From positions 8,742,001-8,806,000 of the forward strand of contig JBHGNT010000003.1 of the NCBI GenBank assembly GCA_043228905.1: DNA of 64,000 bases. Reading direction: 5' to 3'. Shown piece after piece: positions 36,871 through 50,600 of the stretch. Source of the stretch: Azolla caroliniana (taxonomy: Eukaryota; Plantae; Polypodiophyta). The translations under genes and the position numbers were made by a program. Position 1 is the stretch's first letter. Each line of letters begins with the position of its first letter. The notes below the pieces were generated by a model, which saw only the letters and a list, made by a program, of their open reading frames with translations, had not been told where the DNA came from and did no database searches.

Positions 36871-37657
36871 TAATGCATAAATAGCCGGTTCATAAAATAT
36901 GAACCAGCTAGATTCCGGTTTTGGGGAAATTCTAGCCGGAATCAATTCCGGCTCTTCCCCACCTTGGCCAGCAAAAGTCCTCGCCCAACCGGAACGCTAA
37001 CACTGTTCCTGGGACTTTGCCCAACACTGATTATGTCTAACTAATCTCTGTAAATTTCTATTTTTCTTTCTCGGATTCGTTCTATTTATTATTATTTATC
37101 TTTGGTTCTGTTTTTTATGTTTATCTAACCTCTACTTTTGTTTATTTATGTCTAACTAATCTCTATAAATTTCTGTTTTTCTTTCTCTGATTCATTCTGT
37201 TTATTATTATTTATCTTTGGTTCTATTTTTATGTCTATCTAACCTCTACTTTTGTTTATTATGTCTAACTAATCTCTGGTTTTGTTTTAGATAGAGCATA
37301 CAAATCAATCTTGATATTATTCAGTGTTTATCATAACATGAAGAAGGCAAATAGCTTGATCTAACGTTTCGCGTAACATGATATAATCTTTTGTTATATG
37401 AAGTTTCAATTCTATAAAAATATTATGATGTTGCAATGTCTTTTGTTGCATTTTCTTAAAAGTGGTTTGGTTTGGTTTGGTTTGGTTCTGGTTTTCGTAA
37501 ACGGTTTGGTTTCTCATACTTCTAAAATAGTTTGGTTTAAATAGCTTCAAAATTTTCAAATGGTTTGGTTCGGGTTTTTTTTATTAATAAATGGTTCAGT
37601 TTGATTTGTTTGGTTTCAAGGCCAAAAAACCGAACTGGGCCCATTCTTATGTGGGCA

Positions 37658-38755
37658 AGCAACAAGCAAACTCTTGTACTACCTTGCATCCTGTGTGCAC
37701 GACCAGATGCTGGGCTACATTCGAGATGCGAAGACACCGAAGGAGGCTTGGGAAAATCTGAAGAAGATTTTCGCCACAAGTACCACGGCCCAGAAGTTGC
37801 AGCTCTATCAAGAGCTCAACAATATCCGACAGCGGGATATGACGGTGACCAACTACACCACCAAAATAAAGGAGTCTGTGATGTGATTGTGGACGAAGAT
37901 GAGATGGTACAATTCTGCCTCGGTGGTCTAGCACAAAGGTATGGGCTGATTCGGACGGCTATTTGCACAAGGGAGAAACCTCCGTCATTTTTCGACCTGC
38001 AATCCATGTTCATGGTCAAAGAGAACCACGTCGGTGTGTCAAGGAACACACAATCGGTCAGTCGGATGTTGTACACAAAGGAGGATCGGCCCCATGATCG
38101 TGGCGGACGAGGTGGATCGGCACACAATGGTGACGGCCGACAAGAGCATAGGCATAATCAACATGCCAACAACAGTTCCGGACCCTCCACAAGCATGGGG
38201 AGTCAAGGCAGCGCCGGAAATCGGTAAGGGAAAGTCGACACGGAATGTTGGTATTGTTGCTAGAAAGGCCACAGAGAAAGTGAGTGTTGGAAAAAGAAGG
38301 TTGATTTGGATAAATCCTGATCGAACAAAGCCAAACACGGGAATCGACAGCGATCGCACTACGCCGAAGGGTCGGAAGGACCGAAAACCAGAAAGGCCCC
38401 AGCCTTTGTGAGGAAGCACAAGGCAATTTCCATGAAGAAGGGAACCTCGAAACCAAACGAGGTCTGGTATGTCGACTCCAGAATGTCGAATCATATGACA
38501 AGCCATGAAGAGTGGTTCTCATATTTGGAGAAACCAAAACAACCGAGAGTAGTCGAAACTAGTGACGACACCACGCATCCGATCAAACATGTCAGTGATG
38601 TCCCCTTGAGTCATGTCGGACAGAAAGGGAGACTGATGAACGTATTGCACGTCCCGACAATCATGAAGAACTTGGTGTCAGTCGAACATATAGTCAACCA
38701 AGGGATGCAAGTCCGGTTCACCCACCTGGGGTGCTACATCGAAGAAGAGAGTCAG
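37658..38755 (+). pseudogene. copia B gag-protease remnant
   Basis: YIRDAKTPKEAWENLK, knuckle remnant, EVWYVDSRMSNHMT. Homologous to gag-pro of G. Confidence 0.8.
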
Positions 38756-41700
38756 TGTTGGGATTTCGATCCCTGAGATTTGTGAGGAAGACCGACTGTG
38801 AAGTACACAATAACGCGGAAACAGAAAACAGCAAATACACAGTACACAGTGTTTAACGTGGAAACCTTAAAATAGGAAAAACCACAGCAAAACAGATCTT
38901 CCACTATATAATAGAGAATACAAGGGAGACAAGAGTACAACACTCTCTAGAAGAGTGTATCAACCACACAGGGCTCTTGGCATCTATTGTCTTTCAGCTA
39001 TGGCGTCATTATCTCTCTCGCTCATTGACGTCTCTCTTCTATATCTCTCTTACGGCAGAGGCTTGCAACAACACTTTTTGTTCTACCTACACAACTTTGC
39101 CCTGAGTGTATTTATACCTATAGACCTTATGGGATATTTACAAATGTAGCCTCTACTACTTTATTCCTATTATTATACTAATAATAGTATCAGTTAATCA
39201 GTCGACTGGTCGACTAGCCACTCTTATGTCGACTGTTTGGTTGGCTCGACTAGTCAGCCTTGTCTGCGACCATCTGGTCGGCCCAACTAGTCGGTCATGT
39301 CTTCATCCTTGATCACTTTGGGTACTGTTGATGTCACGGACACACATGCGCGGACTAGGACAGAGCATAGATGATGGGGCTACGAGCGATGGATGAACTT
39401 GGAGCTAGATGTGATGAGGCTAGGAACTCTAGATGTTGTGAGGGACATGAGAGCATGAAGACAAAAATAAAGATCAAGGAGACAAGATGAAGCAAAATGA
39501 AAATACTAGATTGATGTGTCAATGAGTTGTGTTGAATCCCTTGAAAGGGACCAAGGAGGTTACAAGTATTTATACTGTGAGTTGAAGTACATGCATTAGA
39601 ATATTCTTGAGAATATTTTGGAGAATATTCTAGAACCCTCTAGAACTTCCTAAAAACTCCTAGAACATGAATAGATCATCTATGAAGATAGACATAACAC
39701 GATTATGTACTTGGATATGTTGGTTACAATATAACACTTGACTATGATACAAGAGGTCAAGAGTTCAAATCTTGACATAACTGTTGTCATGTCTGTGACA
39801 GTTGACTCCCTCTTGTCTTCGACAGTCGGCTACTCCTTGTCTTCGATTGTCGGCTCTTACTCAACCGAACAGTTGGCTCCTCCCATAGGAGGGACATATT
39901 GGACTAACAAACTCCCCTCTTCACTCCTGTGGGTGGAGTCGGTCAGTCCTATCTTCACTCGACAGACTCTGAGTCTGTCCATTGGTAGGTTCTTCGTTAG
40001 CATGTTGGATCCATTGTCGTCAATACATGGATCTTCACAAGGGTGACCTCCTTCCTCCACTTTCTCCCGCAACCACTAATACCTTCTTTGTATGTGCTTG
40101 GTTTAGGAGTGCTACGCAACATTCTTGGCTAGATGTATGGTGCTTTGGCTGTTACAATGAAGCAAGAACTCCCTTTGCTTCATTCCTAACTCATTGAGAA
40201 AATTTCTCATCCAAATCAGTTCTTTTCCGGCCTCTACTGCTACCATATACTATGCCTCTATGGTCGACAAAGCCACAGATTTCTGAAGTCATGACTGCCA
40301 CGACATTGCTCCCCCTGCATAGGTCATCACGTACCCTAAAGTGGATCGGCTTGAGTCTACGTCCCCTGACATGTCCGAGTTGATAAACCCTTCCAACATA
40401 GGTTTTCTGACACCATACCTTAGGCATACCCCCGAGGTGCCTTTCAAGTACTTGAGTATCCACTTGACGATTGCCCAGTGTTCTCGTCCTAGATTACTCA
40501 TATATCAGCTTACTACCCCCACAACAAATGCTATGTCTTGTCTCTTGTAGACCATAGCATACATCAAACTGCCAACGGCCGAGGCATATGGTACTTTCCT
40601 CATCTCAGCCTTTTCTTTCTTGCTCCTTGCGCATTGCTTTGCATTCAGCTTGCAATTTGTCGGCAACATAGAGCAGAATGACTTTGCTTCCAACATGTTG
40701 AACCTTTCTAGGATCTTTGTCACATATTTCTCTTGTGACAATCACAGAACTTTCTTAGTTTTGTCTCGAACTATGTGCATCCCTAAGATCTACTTCGCCG
40801 GTCCAAGATCTTTCATGGAAAACGACTTGCCTAAAGCTTTCTTTAAGCTTCTGATCTTCTTCATGTCTTGTCCGACTATCAACATGTCATCCACATATAA
40901 TAGGAGAATTAAGAAGTCACCTTCATAGTAACTCTTTACAAACACACAGTGATCATCTTGTGTTTTGTGGAACCTATGTTCCAACATGAAGGACTCGAAC
41001 TTCTTGTATCACTGGTGTGGAGCTTGTTTCAGACCATCCAAGCTTTTCTTCAGTCGACACACCAGATTCTCTTTCCCTTTCTCCACAAAGCCTTCAAGTT
41101 GTTGCACGTAGATCTCTTCATCCAACTCCCTATGCAAGAATGTGGTTTTGACATCCAACTGTTCGATCTCCAAGTCCATACTGGTTGTTATGCTTAGAAC
41201 AGTTCGAATTGAGGTCATCTTCACGACTGGTGCAAATATTTCGTCAAAGTCGACACCCTTTTTCTGTTGGAACCCCTTCACCACAATGCGGGCTTTATAT
41301 CTAGGTGCCCTGTCGACTTCTCCAGTCTTCACCATGTAGACCCACTTATTTCTAAGTGCTCTCTTACCTTTTGGTAGCTCCACCAAGTCGTAAGTATAGT
41401 TTTCGTGCAAAGAGTCCTTCTCGTCTTGCATCATACTCTGCCATTTCTCCTTGTGCTCATCAACAATGGCTTCATCATAGCACTAAGCTCACCTTCATCA
41501 GTCAAGAGGATGTATTGACTGGCATATGTCATCGGTGCTCTCTTTACTCTAAGTGGGTATCTCCTTCCACTTGTTGTCGACTCTAATTCGGATGTCTCTC
41601 CCGACTCTTCTCTCGGCTTGGGTTCATATGTGTTGATCAGTCATAGGGGTTTAGCCAATTCTAACTCGTATTCTTTGATTGACTTTAATAGGTTTGTCGA

Positions 41701-43747
41701 CTCCGGCTCATCTGTATTGGTTGGTTGCTCCGAGTCGACCGACTCGGATTCGGCTATGCCGATTGGCTATCTCCGAATAGCCGATTGTGTCGGTTCACTT
41801 GGCCTTAAGTTAGTAGGAGAGGAAGTCGATTGGGAAGTCAATTCCAACTTTTGCTGCTTCCCATCCTCAATTGTCTTGTCTTCCAAGAAGACTACATCCC
41901 GACTCCTCACTACCTCCTTGTCGACTAGGTCCCACATCCTGTAGCCGAATATGCATGGTTTCAACTTGTTGTCGAGCTCCGACCTCTGATCCTTAGCCAC
42001 ATGCATATAAAGTAAACATTCAAAGACCCTCAGGTGTCCTTATGAGACATCCTTTCCTATCCACACCCTCTGTGAGACATCACGTTTCAATGGTACTGAG
42101 GGAGACTTGTTGATCAGATAAATAGTTGTATACATCGCCTCAACCCAATATGAGAGAGCATGCTCCTTACTCTCTCCATGATCATTTGATTCATCCTCTC
42201 TGCAAGCCCGTTCAGCTTAGGGGTCTTCGGCATAGTGTATTCGATTCGAATACCTTCTTCGAATTGCCCTCTATATTCACCACAATTGTCAGTTCAGATA
42301 GCCTTCAGCTTCCAATCCAACTCTCATTCGGTTATTGCCTGAAACTCCTTGAACATTGACCGTACTTGATCCTTAGACTTCAATATGAAGGCCCAGACCT
42401 TCCGACTATAGTCATTGATGAATGTCACGAAGTACTTTCCACCTCGATCTGATGGAGCATCTACATAGTACACATCCGTGTGTACTAGTTCTAGTGGCAC
42501 TTCTCTTCTTCTCAGTGGTCTTGAGTGGAATGCAACTATGTTCCGCTTTCCGACTAAGCAGTCGACATACTTCTCCAAGTGCACTCCTTTCACTTTTGGG
42601 AGAAGTTCCTGTTCAGCTAGCAAATGCATTCCCTTCTCACTCATGTGGCATAGTCTCTTATGCCATAACTCTCCACTCGAGTCGGCCGCCACATTCCCTT
42701 CCGACTTGCACGATCGAGCATGCACATATACAGTGTGCCCTCTTTCTGTGCTCGGGCCACTATGAGATTTACTCGGCAGAACTTCCACTTGCCGTTTTGG
42801 AAGCTACCACTGTAGCCTTCGTCATCCAACCTTCTAGTCGATATCAGATTCAATCTAATATCGGGGATATGTCGAACTTCCGTCAGCATTAGGTGACAAC
42901 CAGTCGACATCGTCAGGCATACACTTCTTATGCCAGCTATCTTGCACTCCCCTTATCTCCCATCTTTACATAGCCATGATCCCCAACTATGTAAGTCATG
43001 AAACACTCTCTCGACGGAGTTATGTGGAAGGATGCACCTGAGTCAATTGCCCAAGTGCACTCTTCAATTGCAAGATTTGTGCTTGCATGCTCACAAATGA
43101 ACAAGATCTCCTCTGCACTTGTAGCAACGGCTGAAGTACCCTTTTCATCAAGAATCTTCCTTGGTTCGATACCATTAACGACACCTTTGTCCTTCCTCAT
43201 GTGTTGGCAGTCCTTCTAGAAGTGTCCAAGATTTCCACAATAAAAGCATGTTAGCTTACCTTTGGACTTGAACCTAGCTTGAGGCTTTTCTCTCCTTGGT
43301 GGACTCCTTTGCCAGTTCCTTCCTTTGCCGGTATGTTGAGTCAAGTTTGACTCCGACTCGATTCGCAACAACATTGTTTGTTCTACCTACACAGCTTTAC
43401 CCTAAGTGTATTTATACCTATACACCTTATGGGCTATTTACAAATGTAGTCACTACTACTTTTATTCTTATTATTATACTAATAATTGTATTAGTTAATC
43501 AGCCAATTGGTCAACTAGTCGATTCGACTAGCCAACTCTTATGTCAATTGTCTATCGGCCTTACTAGTCGGCCTTGTCTTCAACCATCTGGTCGGCCTGA
43601 CTAGTCGATCGTGTCTTCATCCTTGATCACTTTGGGTACTGTCGACTCCCTCTTGTCTTCGACAGGCAGCTACTCCTTGTCTTTGATTGTGGGCTCTTAC
43701 TCAACCGAACAGTCGGCTCCTCCCATAGGAGGGACATATTCCTAACA
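38756..43747 (-). mobile_element. Tork-like copia F, degenerate, gag 5' part and part of the 5' LTR deleted
   Basis: 3' LTR 38756-39909, PPT ~39911-39922, partial 5' LTR ~43350-43747. TSD GTCAG / GTCTG. Motifs WAIDSGASFH, LWHKRLCH, YVDD. Confidence 0.88.
39332..39800 (-). mobile_element. Solo LTR (chromovirus-like) inside the F LTR
   Basis: TGTCACGG...CTGTGACA, TSD GTTGA on both sides, TCTAGAA-type repeats as in the D and E LTRs. Confidence 0.85.
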
Positions 43748-43752
43748 GTCTG

Positions 43753-44612
43753 ATCATCGAGCAAGGGCGTCGGGAAGGGAGGATGTTCATCCTCGACACA
43801 AATGACGTCGACACTACATTGTTCGCCAAGGGAGAAAAAGTCAAATCAAACATCGACTTGTGACGTCAATTACAGAAGGCTTCAAGAATTGCAAATGAAA
43901 CAAGTTGTGTTCAGTTTACTGAAGTTCATTGCCCGGAAGGCCCAAGTTTGTGAAGCCTGCCAACAAGGGAAGCAACATTGACTTTCATTCCCCAACGAGT
44001 GAAATCAGAGCCGGAACAAGCTCGACTTGATGCATTTAGATGTATGGGGACCGGCACAGAATGTGAGCTTAGGCGAGAGTCGATACGTCGTCTCCTTCAT
44101 CGACGACTATAACCAGCACACTTGGATCTACCTCATCGAAAAGAAGAGTGAAGTCTTCGACTGTTTCCGATCTACAAAGCATAGTGGCAAGGGAAACAGA
44201 AAGAAAGATCAAGTGTCTGCAGTCAGATGGTGGAAAGGCATACTTTTCCGACCAATTGAATTGTACTTGTAGCAAATGGTAATTTGGCACGAATTCAGCT
44301 GCAGATATACGTTGGAGCAGAAGGGAAGAATCGGTTGGTTGTTGACAAATCATGGGCAATGCTGGAGGAGAAGAGCATGCCCAAGTTTTATTGGTTCGAA
44401 GCGGTTCGAACTGCGATGTATATGTAGAATCAGATCGAAGAGGTGTCAACTCATGTGTTGTGTTTCGGGTGAAAGCCGAACTTGAAACACCTACGGGTAT
44501 TCTGTAGCATTGTCTATATGCATGTGCTAGATGAGAAGAGGAAGAAGTTGGACGCTAAGTCGGAGAAGTGTATTCTTGTCAGCTACCCACATGAACAAAA
44601 GGGGTATAAGTG
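43753..44612 (+). pseudogene. copia B integrase remnant
   Basis: HLDVWGPA, SFIDDY, CLQSDGG, KLDAKSEKCIL. GYKC|YNP continues at 58050. Confidence 0.8.
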
Positions 44613-46876
44613 TGTAAAAGAATATGAATGTGTGCGTACGACACAGAGTATAGTTCGGAAGTAAGACAGTTCGGTAAAACACAGAAAACGCAGAGATGGA
44701 GATGAGAGGGAGACAGAGAGCGAGAAAGCAGAACATCAAAAAACTCAGATTCAAATAATGACTCTATGTACATACTTTGTGCTCAATGAGCACCTTTTAT
44801 ACAAGCCCTAACTATCGGGCTGACACAAGTATTGATAGTACTTGAATGCTCATAATTGAGCTCCTACACTAACTCCCAAATATATTCCCTTGCGGAATAT
44901 CTATTCAACGGCCTCCCAGTTTCCGCACTGCTACGGCCTCGTTGTGCGTAACTGTTTTACACACCTAATTAATTACACACCGAATGTTGAGCTTGTCTCT
45001 CAACACTACCCCTCAAACTCGACTTGAGGTTCCGCCTGCTCTTCCGGATCTTCCCTCCAGCCTCTTCTGGCTTCACGCCTCGCTCGTGCTCCTCGACCCG
45101 TTCGATTCCGCACATTTCAACCCTTCTGGTCAGCTTGTCTGCTCATGTGGCCCTTCTCAGCTCCCTTGTTGTTGCGATGTTGGTGCCTCTTTCACTGCCC
45201 TTTCTTCCATTTGGCCCTCAGTTGATTCGTAATGTCTGAATCGAACATGATTTCCGATTCAATTCCATTTTCGCCCGAATTGGCTGTCTCCAATTCGTCT
45301 TTTGTTTTCAAGCCTTTGACAATATCAGACCTCCACATGCAGATCCCGTAACAATCATTTCAGCCAAATGACTTCACACATAGCGACAGTCGCCCCTCGA
45401 TATTTGGCCTCCGTGCTCGACAATGCTACTGTCGGCTTCTTCTTACTACTCCACGCGATCACCGCACTTCCTAATGACAAGGCGTATCCAGATGTGGATC
45501 TACAATCACTGGTGTTTCCGGCCCAATCGGCATCTGTGTAGCCAATTAACTACTCGACTACGCCTGCCCGATACAACAACGCCACGTCTTTTGTGCCGCT
45601 AACATATTGCAATATCCTTTGCACGCACTGAAGGTGTTCGAGCGTAGGCTGTGACATGAATTGACTAATCAATCCGACCGGGTAACTGAGGTTTGGTCGA
45701 TGAATCATCAAATAGATGAGGCTTCCGACAATTTGTTGGAACTGTGTCAGGTCACACGCCTTTCCTGAATCTCGGCGAAGCTTTACATTTCTATCCATAG
45801 GGATCGAGATGGGCTTACAGTTTGCCATCCCGAACTTGAAGAGCATATTCAGCGCATAGTGACGCTAGCTTATCAATATGCCTTCGGGGGTGCGGATCAC
45901 TTCGATCCCGGGGAAGTAATGAAGGTCTCCAAGATCCTTCATTTCGAATGATGCCGCAAGCTGAGACTTTACACGATGGATTTCGTCCAGGTCAGCATCG
46001 GCGATGACTAAGTCATCAACATACAGTAGAAGGCTAACCAGTCCATGTTGACCTTGCCAAACAAATAGTGAAGAGTCTGAGTTCGACTTCGTAAACCCCA
46101 TCTTATGCAATTGTTGCGTAATCTTTGCATTCCAAGCTCGCGGGGCTTGCTTAAGTCCATAGAGTGACTTCTTTAGTCGGCAAACTGTCGAAGTGTTTCG
46201 TTCGGATAAAAATCCAGGGGATTGTACCATGTACACCTGTTCCTCAAGATCACCTTGCAGGAATGCGTTCTTTACATCCATTTGATGTAAGTGTCACCCC
46301 TTCGCTGCCACGATGGCTAGCAAAACTCACATGGTACTCATCTTCGCAACCAGCGCAAAGGTCTCGTCGTAATCTACGTCGTGCTTCTGCGCGTAGCCTT
46401 TTGCAACTAAACGGGCCTTATAGCGGTTGACAGAACCGTCGGTGTTGTACTTGACCTTGTATACCCACCTACATCCAATCGGCTTCACACCCTTCGGTGC
46501 ATCAACCAGGTCCCAAGCCTCATTCATTGTTGGTTAAAGCATGCATCTCTTCCTCCATTGTGGCACGCCAATTTGCATCGTATGCCATTTCTGCGCAGCT
46601 CTTCGGCTCACGCATTTCCGCCACTCACGTCATGTACGTATAATGATACGCCAAGTACTCATTATACCCGTACCTCTTTACAGGGTTCTTCCGGTAGGTA
46701 GATCGGTGTAATTCGTGATCACCCTATTTCACGACCTTTTCAGCTAATTTCGACCTCTTCCGTGGAGGTTCCTTCTCAATTGGATCAAAGTCAGATACGT
46801 TCCGATCTGATTCGGCACTTCTCCTTCTCCTTGCGCGTAAACCGTCTCCTCGGTTCCTTACACGGGGATAATACGG

Positions 46877-47679
46877 TGTCGCGAGGTTTCGCGGGTACGT
46901 GTAGAATTCCAGGCGGGACCACGGGGGTCTTGGACTAGGGAGTGACGGGGCGTAGGAAGCCGACTTCTCTCCGGTCTCGGCTGCACTGGTTGTGGCGCGA
47001 ACCGGAGAGATTCTGGACACGTACCGGTGGCTACCAAATGCGAGAGAGGAAGAGAGGGAGAGAACACGCACGCAACACCGACACAACACACACCTCTTAT
47101 GTACAGGAAACACAGGGAAGGGAAAACACTCGACACCGACAGAGACACAAATATGCTCAACCCTGTATATATATATATGATTCCAAGAGTGAGTTACAAC
47201 TCCGACTCCGAGCCGGACTGAGGTAGGCTAGGTCGCAACAGCAGTCTGCCGCCAAGCCGTCGTCGGGGAGCTCTCGGGCTCGTCGCGCCGAGCGGGGTCT
47301 TGCACAAGAGGCCGAGCAAAAGCAACCTACAACAGGGAGAGATACAACCCCGGCTGCGAGCCGGCTATGCACAGAAGAAGAGAAACTAACCTAACAGCTT
47401 GCCGTCATAGCTACTGCTCGACTCCTTGAGAAGGAGCAGAAAAGAAACGAAGAAAAGAAAGAATGTAGTTAACCCTAGAAAGAAACGCAAAACGGTATAC
47501 CCTTAAGGCTCAAAATGGGCAACCCTTCATAAGTGACCCCTCCCTTCCTTTTATAGCCCAAGGAGGGAGGGACCTTACAATGTGGGATAAAATTCCTAGT
47601 ATACGTGTGCACATGTTGCACACCACCGACTTGCCCTTTCCACCCCGGTTTCCGCCTACGGATGAAAATCTTCACGACA
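46877..47679 (-). mobile_element. Solo LTR of the H-like Gypsy lineage, 4-bp TSD ACGG
   Basis: TGTCGCG...CACGACA, ACGG at 46873-46876 and 47680-47683. Shares GGG-ACCAC-G-GGTCTTGGACTAGG with the H LTR at the same distance from the end. Confidence 0.85.
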
Positions 47680-50600
47680 ACGGCCGAGTCTCCACTACTC
47701 GCCGTCTCGCCAACCCCTCATTCAGCCTACTTAACTGAAATGAGATCAGACTCTCCTCCAAAGCTCTGATTTCTTCATCACGCGGAGGCTATCATGAATC
47801 CCTGAACATTATGTGGCTTCACTTAGGCTTGAACCCAAGACCTTGTAATACATAATCAAGAACCTAACCATTAAGATAGCATATGATTATATGAAATAAT
47901 AAAAGCTACTTCTTGTAATAGACTAATATTGTAAATGTTCTAGAACATTCTAGAATATCCTAGAACATCTTAGAATATTCTAGGTCTAGAACATTCTAGA
48001 ACATTATAGAAATCACTAGGTTATTCTATAGGAATCTATAAATATGGACATACAATTCTTCTCAAAACCAATTCGAATCAACACCAGTCTTAAGTTCTCA
48101 TTGCCTATCTTGTATCCATTCTTATTCTACTTTAATACATTCATTCTTCTCTTGTCATTTCATTCCTCTTCTTGTGATCTCTTTATATCTTTCTTCTATC
48201 ACTTTACCTTCTCTCTTGGTTCTGACAGTTTGATTCGAATTTCTTCTTCTCGTCTAGCCATGGTTGCTGGCACTAGTAAGTACCCATGGTTGCTGGCAAC
48301 CCACAAGAATACCTCGCCCTTATTGCAGAAATGGAGAATATCAAAAGCAAGTTTGCATCACTAGAGCTGGAGAATCAACGATTGTTTGAAGACCTACAAA
48401 AGGTTTCAGTAGAGAAACAACAAATACACGACAAGTTTACACGAAGGGTTCAACAACTAGAGTCTGCAATAGTAGCTTTACAACAACTAAAAGTCGACAG
48501 TCAATGAGTTCTTAAGGAGCCCAAAATCAGCCTCCCAACTAAATTCGATGGGTCGAGAGCACATTTTCGGAGTTTTATAAATCAAGTGCAGTTGGTAATT
48601 CAGATGCATCCCACGCATTATCCAACGGATTCATCTCGAGTCAGGTTAGTGGGCACTTTATTGACTGGCACGGCATTGTCATGGCTTGCTCCATTGCTAG
48701 AAGCAAATTCGCCCCTACTCAAAAACTTTGAAGAATTTATCAAAGAGTTTAAGGCTTGCTTCGAGACATAGATAGTGTAAGAACGGCAATCAACAAGATT
48801 CGCACACTGCGACAAGGGGATCAACCAGCATCAACATATGCAGCCAATTCTTGTCTCATTGCAAGTGATATTCCTTGGGACGAACAAGCTCTAATGGAGC
48901 AATTTCGTTCGGGCCTCCGTGGAGATGTAAAAGATTTACTTCTTACCTTCCCTAAGGATCCAAAATCCCTTACAGAAGCTATTAGCCAAACAATACGGTA
49001 TGATAATCGGCTTTTTGGGCATTGGTCCGAGCGACAACAACAACAAACAAGACCAAGATTTACGCCAAATTATGCATCAGTGGTGGCACAATCTCCAAGG
49101 CAACAATATAACCCCGTGCCAACTCCACGACAAGCACGTAGCCCAACACCAATGGATAGCCCGACACCAATAGAGATTGATGTGACCCGGCGATGAGGAC
49201 CTTTATCAGATGAAGAGAAACAACGTCATCGAGCAAATCGACTATGCTTATATTGTGGAGGTCCAGGACATATTGCCATTCATTGCCCACACAGACCGAG
49301 ACGTCAGATACATCACATTAACTATGATAATTGAAATGAGTCTAGCATTGTTGGAAATGTGCCAACTAGTGTTTCTAGTAATCCAACTCTATCCAATAAG
49401 TTTGAGGTCCTAAGCCAATTAGAAGAGTCAAACAAATAAGTCCGGCGAAAATCGGAGCCGTTTGGTTGGACAGTCCTAGATCTGTACAGCTTACTGTGGG
49501 TTCCATCTCATCCAAGCATGTCAGTAGAGTTTTCTCAAGCCAAGTACAAGTTAGGACACCAACTTGTCAACTTCATGTCCCAACTCTCTTAGATACCATA
49601 GCCAATTCTTGTTTCATGGATAGAGATTTTGCCCGAAAACATCAAATAGCCTTGCATAAACTTCCTTGCCTAGTTTCCATAGTAGTAATTGATGGACATC
49701 CCATAGCTTTTGGAAAGATATTCGAGGAGTCTGAGCCGATACACATACTCTTAGGTGATTTAGGATGTGTAGTCTCCTTTAACATAATCCGTAGCCCTGA
49801 GCATCCAATAGTCCTTGGTTTGCCATGGTTTGAGCTACACAATCCAATAATTAATTGGAGACGACGAGAAATTAGGTTCCCTTCAAAAGGAAACATAGTA
49901 GTCAAGGGTTGAACCCAGGATCCTCCCCTTGAAAAACATAGTGTTACCAATTCACCCTCTACCAAACATGTTGTTCCTCTTCATCAGATTGCAACCATCA
50001 CCCTACAACAATTATGCCAAGACGGAGCAAAAGAAGATTTATTCTTATTTGCCATATAAGTTGCACCTTCTAGTGACACTCAAGGGAATTCAGAGGTCTA
50101 CATTCCTAAAAAGTACCAAGAATATGTTGATGTCTTCGACAAAGTCAAAGCTAGTGTACTTCCAAAGCATCGGCCATATGATTGTCCCATTGATCTACAA
50201 CCAAGAAAAGAGTCACCATGGGGTCCGATCTACAATCTATCACCAACGGAGCTTGAGTTTCTTCAAGCATACATTGAAGAGAATCTTGCAAGTGGATTTA
50301 TTTGACATTCAAAGTCTCAAGCTAGTGCTCCTATCTTTTTCGTGAAGAAAAAGGACGGCCCACTTCATTTGTCGTGGATTATCGGGGATTAAATAAAGTG
50401 ACAATAAGAAATATGTATGTTGTACCTTTAATTTCCAGTCTTTCAGAGCGCATTGGTGGGGCAAAGCATTTTACCAAGATTGATCTAAGGGGTGCATATA
50501 ATGTTGTCCGTATTCGACCGGGAGACGAGTGGAAGACTACATTTCGCACTCGATATGGCCATTTCGAGTATACAGTTATGCCTTTTGGGCTCACAAATGC

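Larger units (their letters stand above)
29701..37029. mobile_element. Non-autonomous hAT-type element hAT2 carrying gene fragments and a LINE
   Basis: Perfect 16-bp TIR CAGTGTTGGGCAAAGT / ACTTTGCCCAACACTG. 8-bp TSD ATTATGTT / ATTATGTC. CCGG(AA) subterminal motifs. No transposase seen. Confidence 0.9.
29515..37290. repeat. AT-rich ~120-bp tandem array (29515-29700 and 37030-37290) split by hAT2
   Basis: Unit TTTATTATTATTTATCTTTGGTTCT...CTAACCTCTACTTTTGTTTATTATGTCTAACTAATCTCT occurs on both sides of hAT2. Confidence 0.8.
6153..37649 (+). mobile_element. hAT DNA transposon hAT1 with nested insertions and PPR fragments
   Basis: TIRs TAGCAATGGGCCC / GGGCCCATTCTTA. 8-bp TSD TGTGGGAA (6145-6152) / TGTGGGCA (37650-37657). 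AACCG/GGTTT subterminal arrays at both ends. Interrupts copia B gag, which resumes after it. Decayed transposase inside. Confidence 0.85.
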
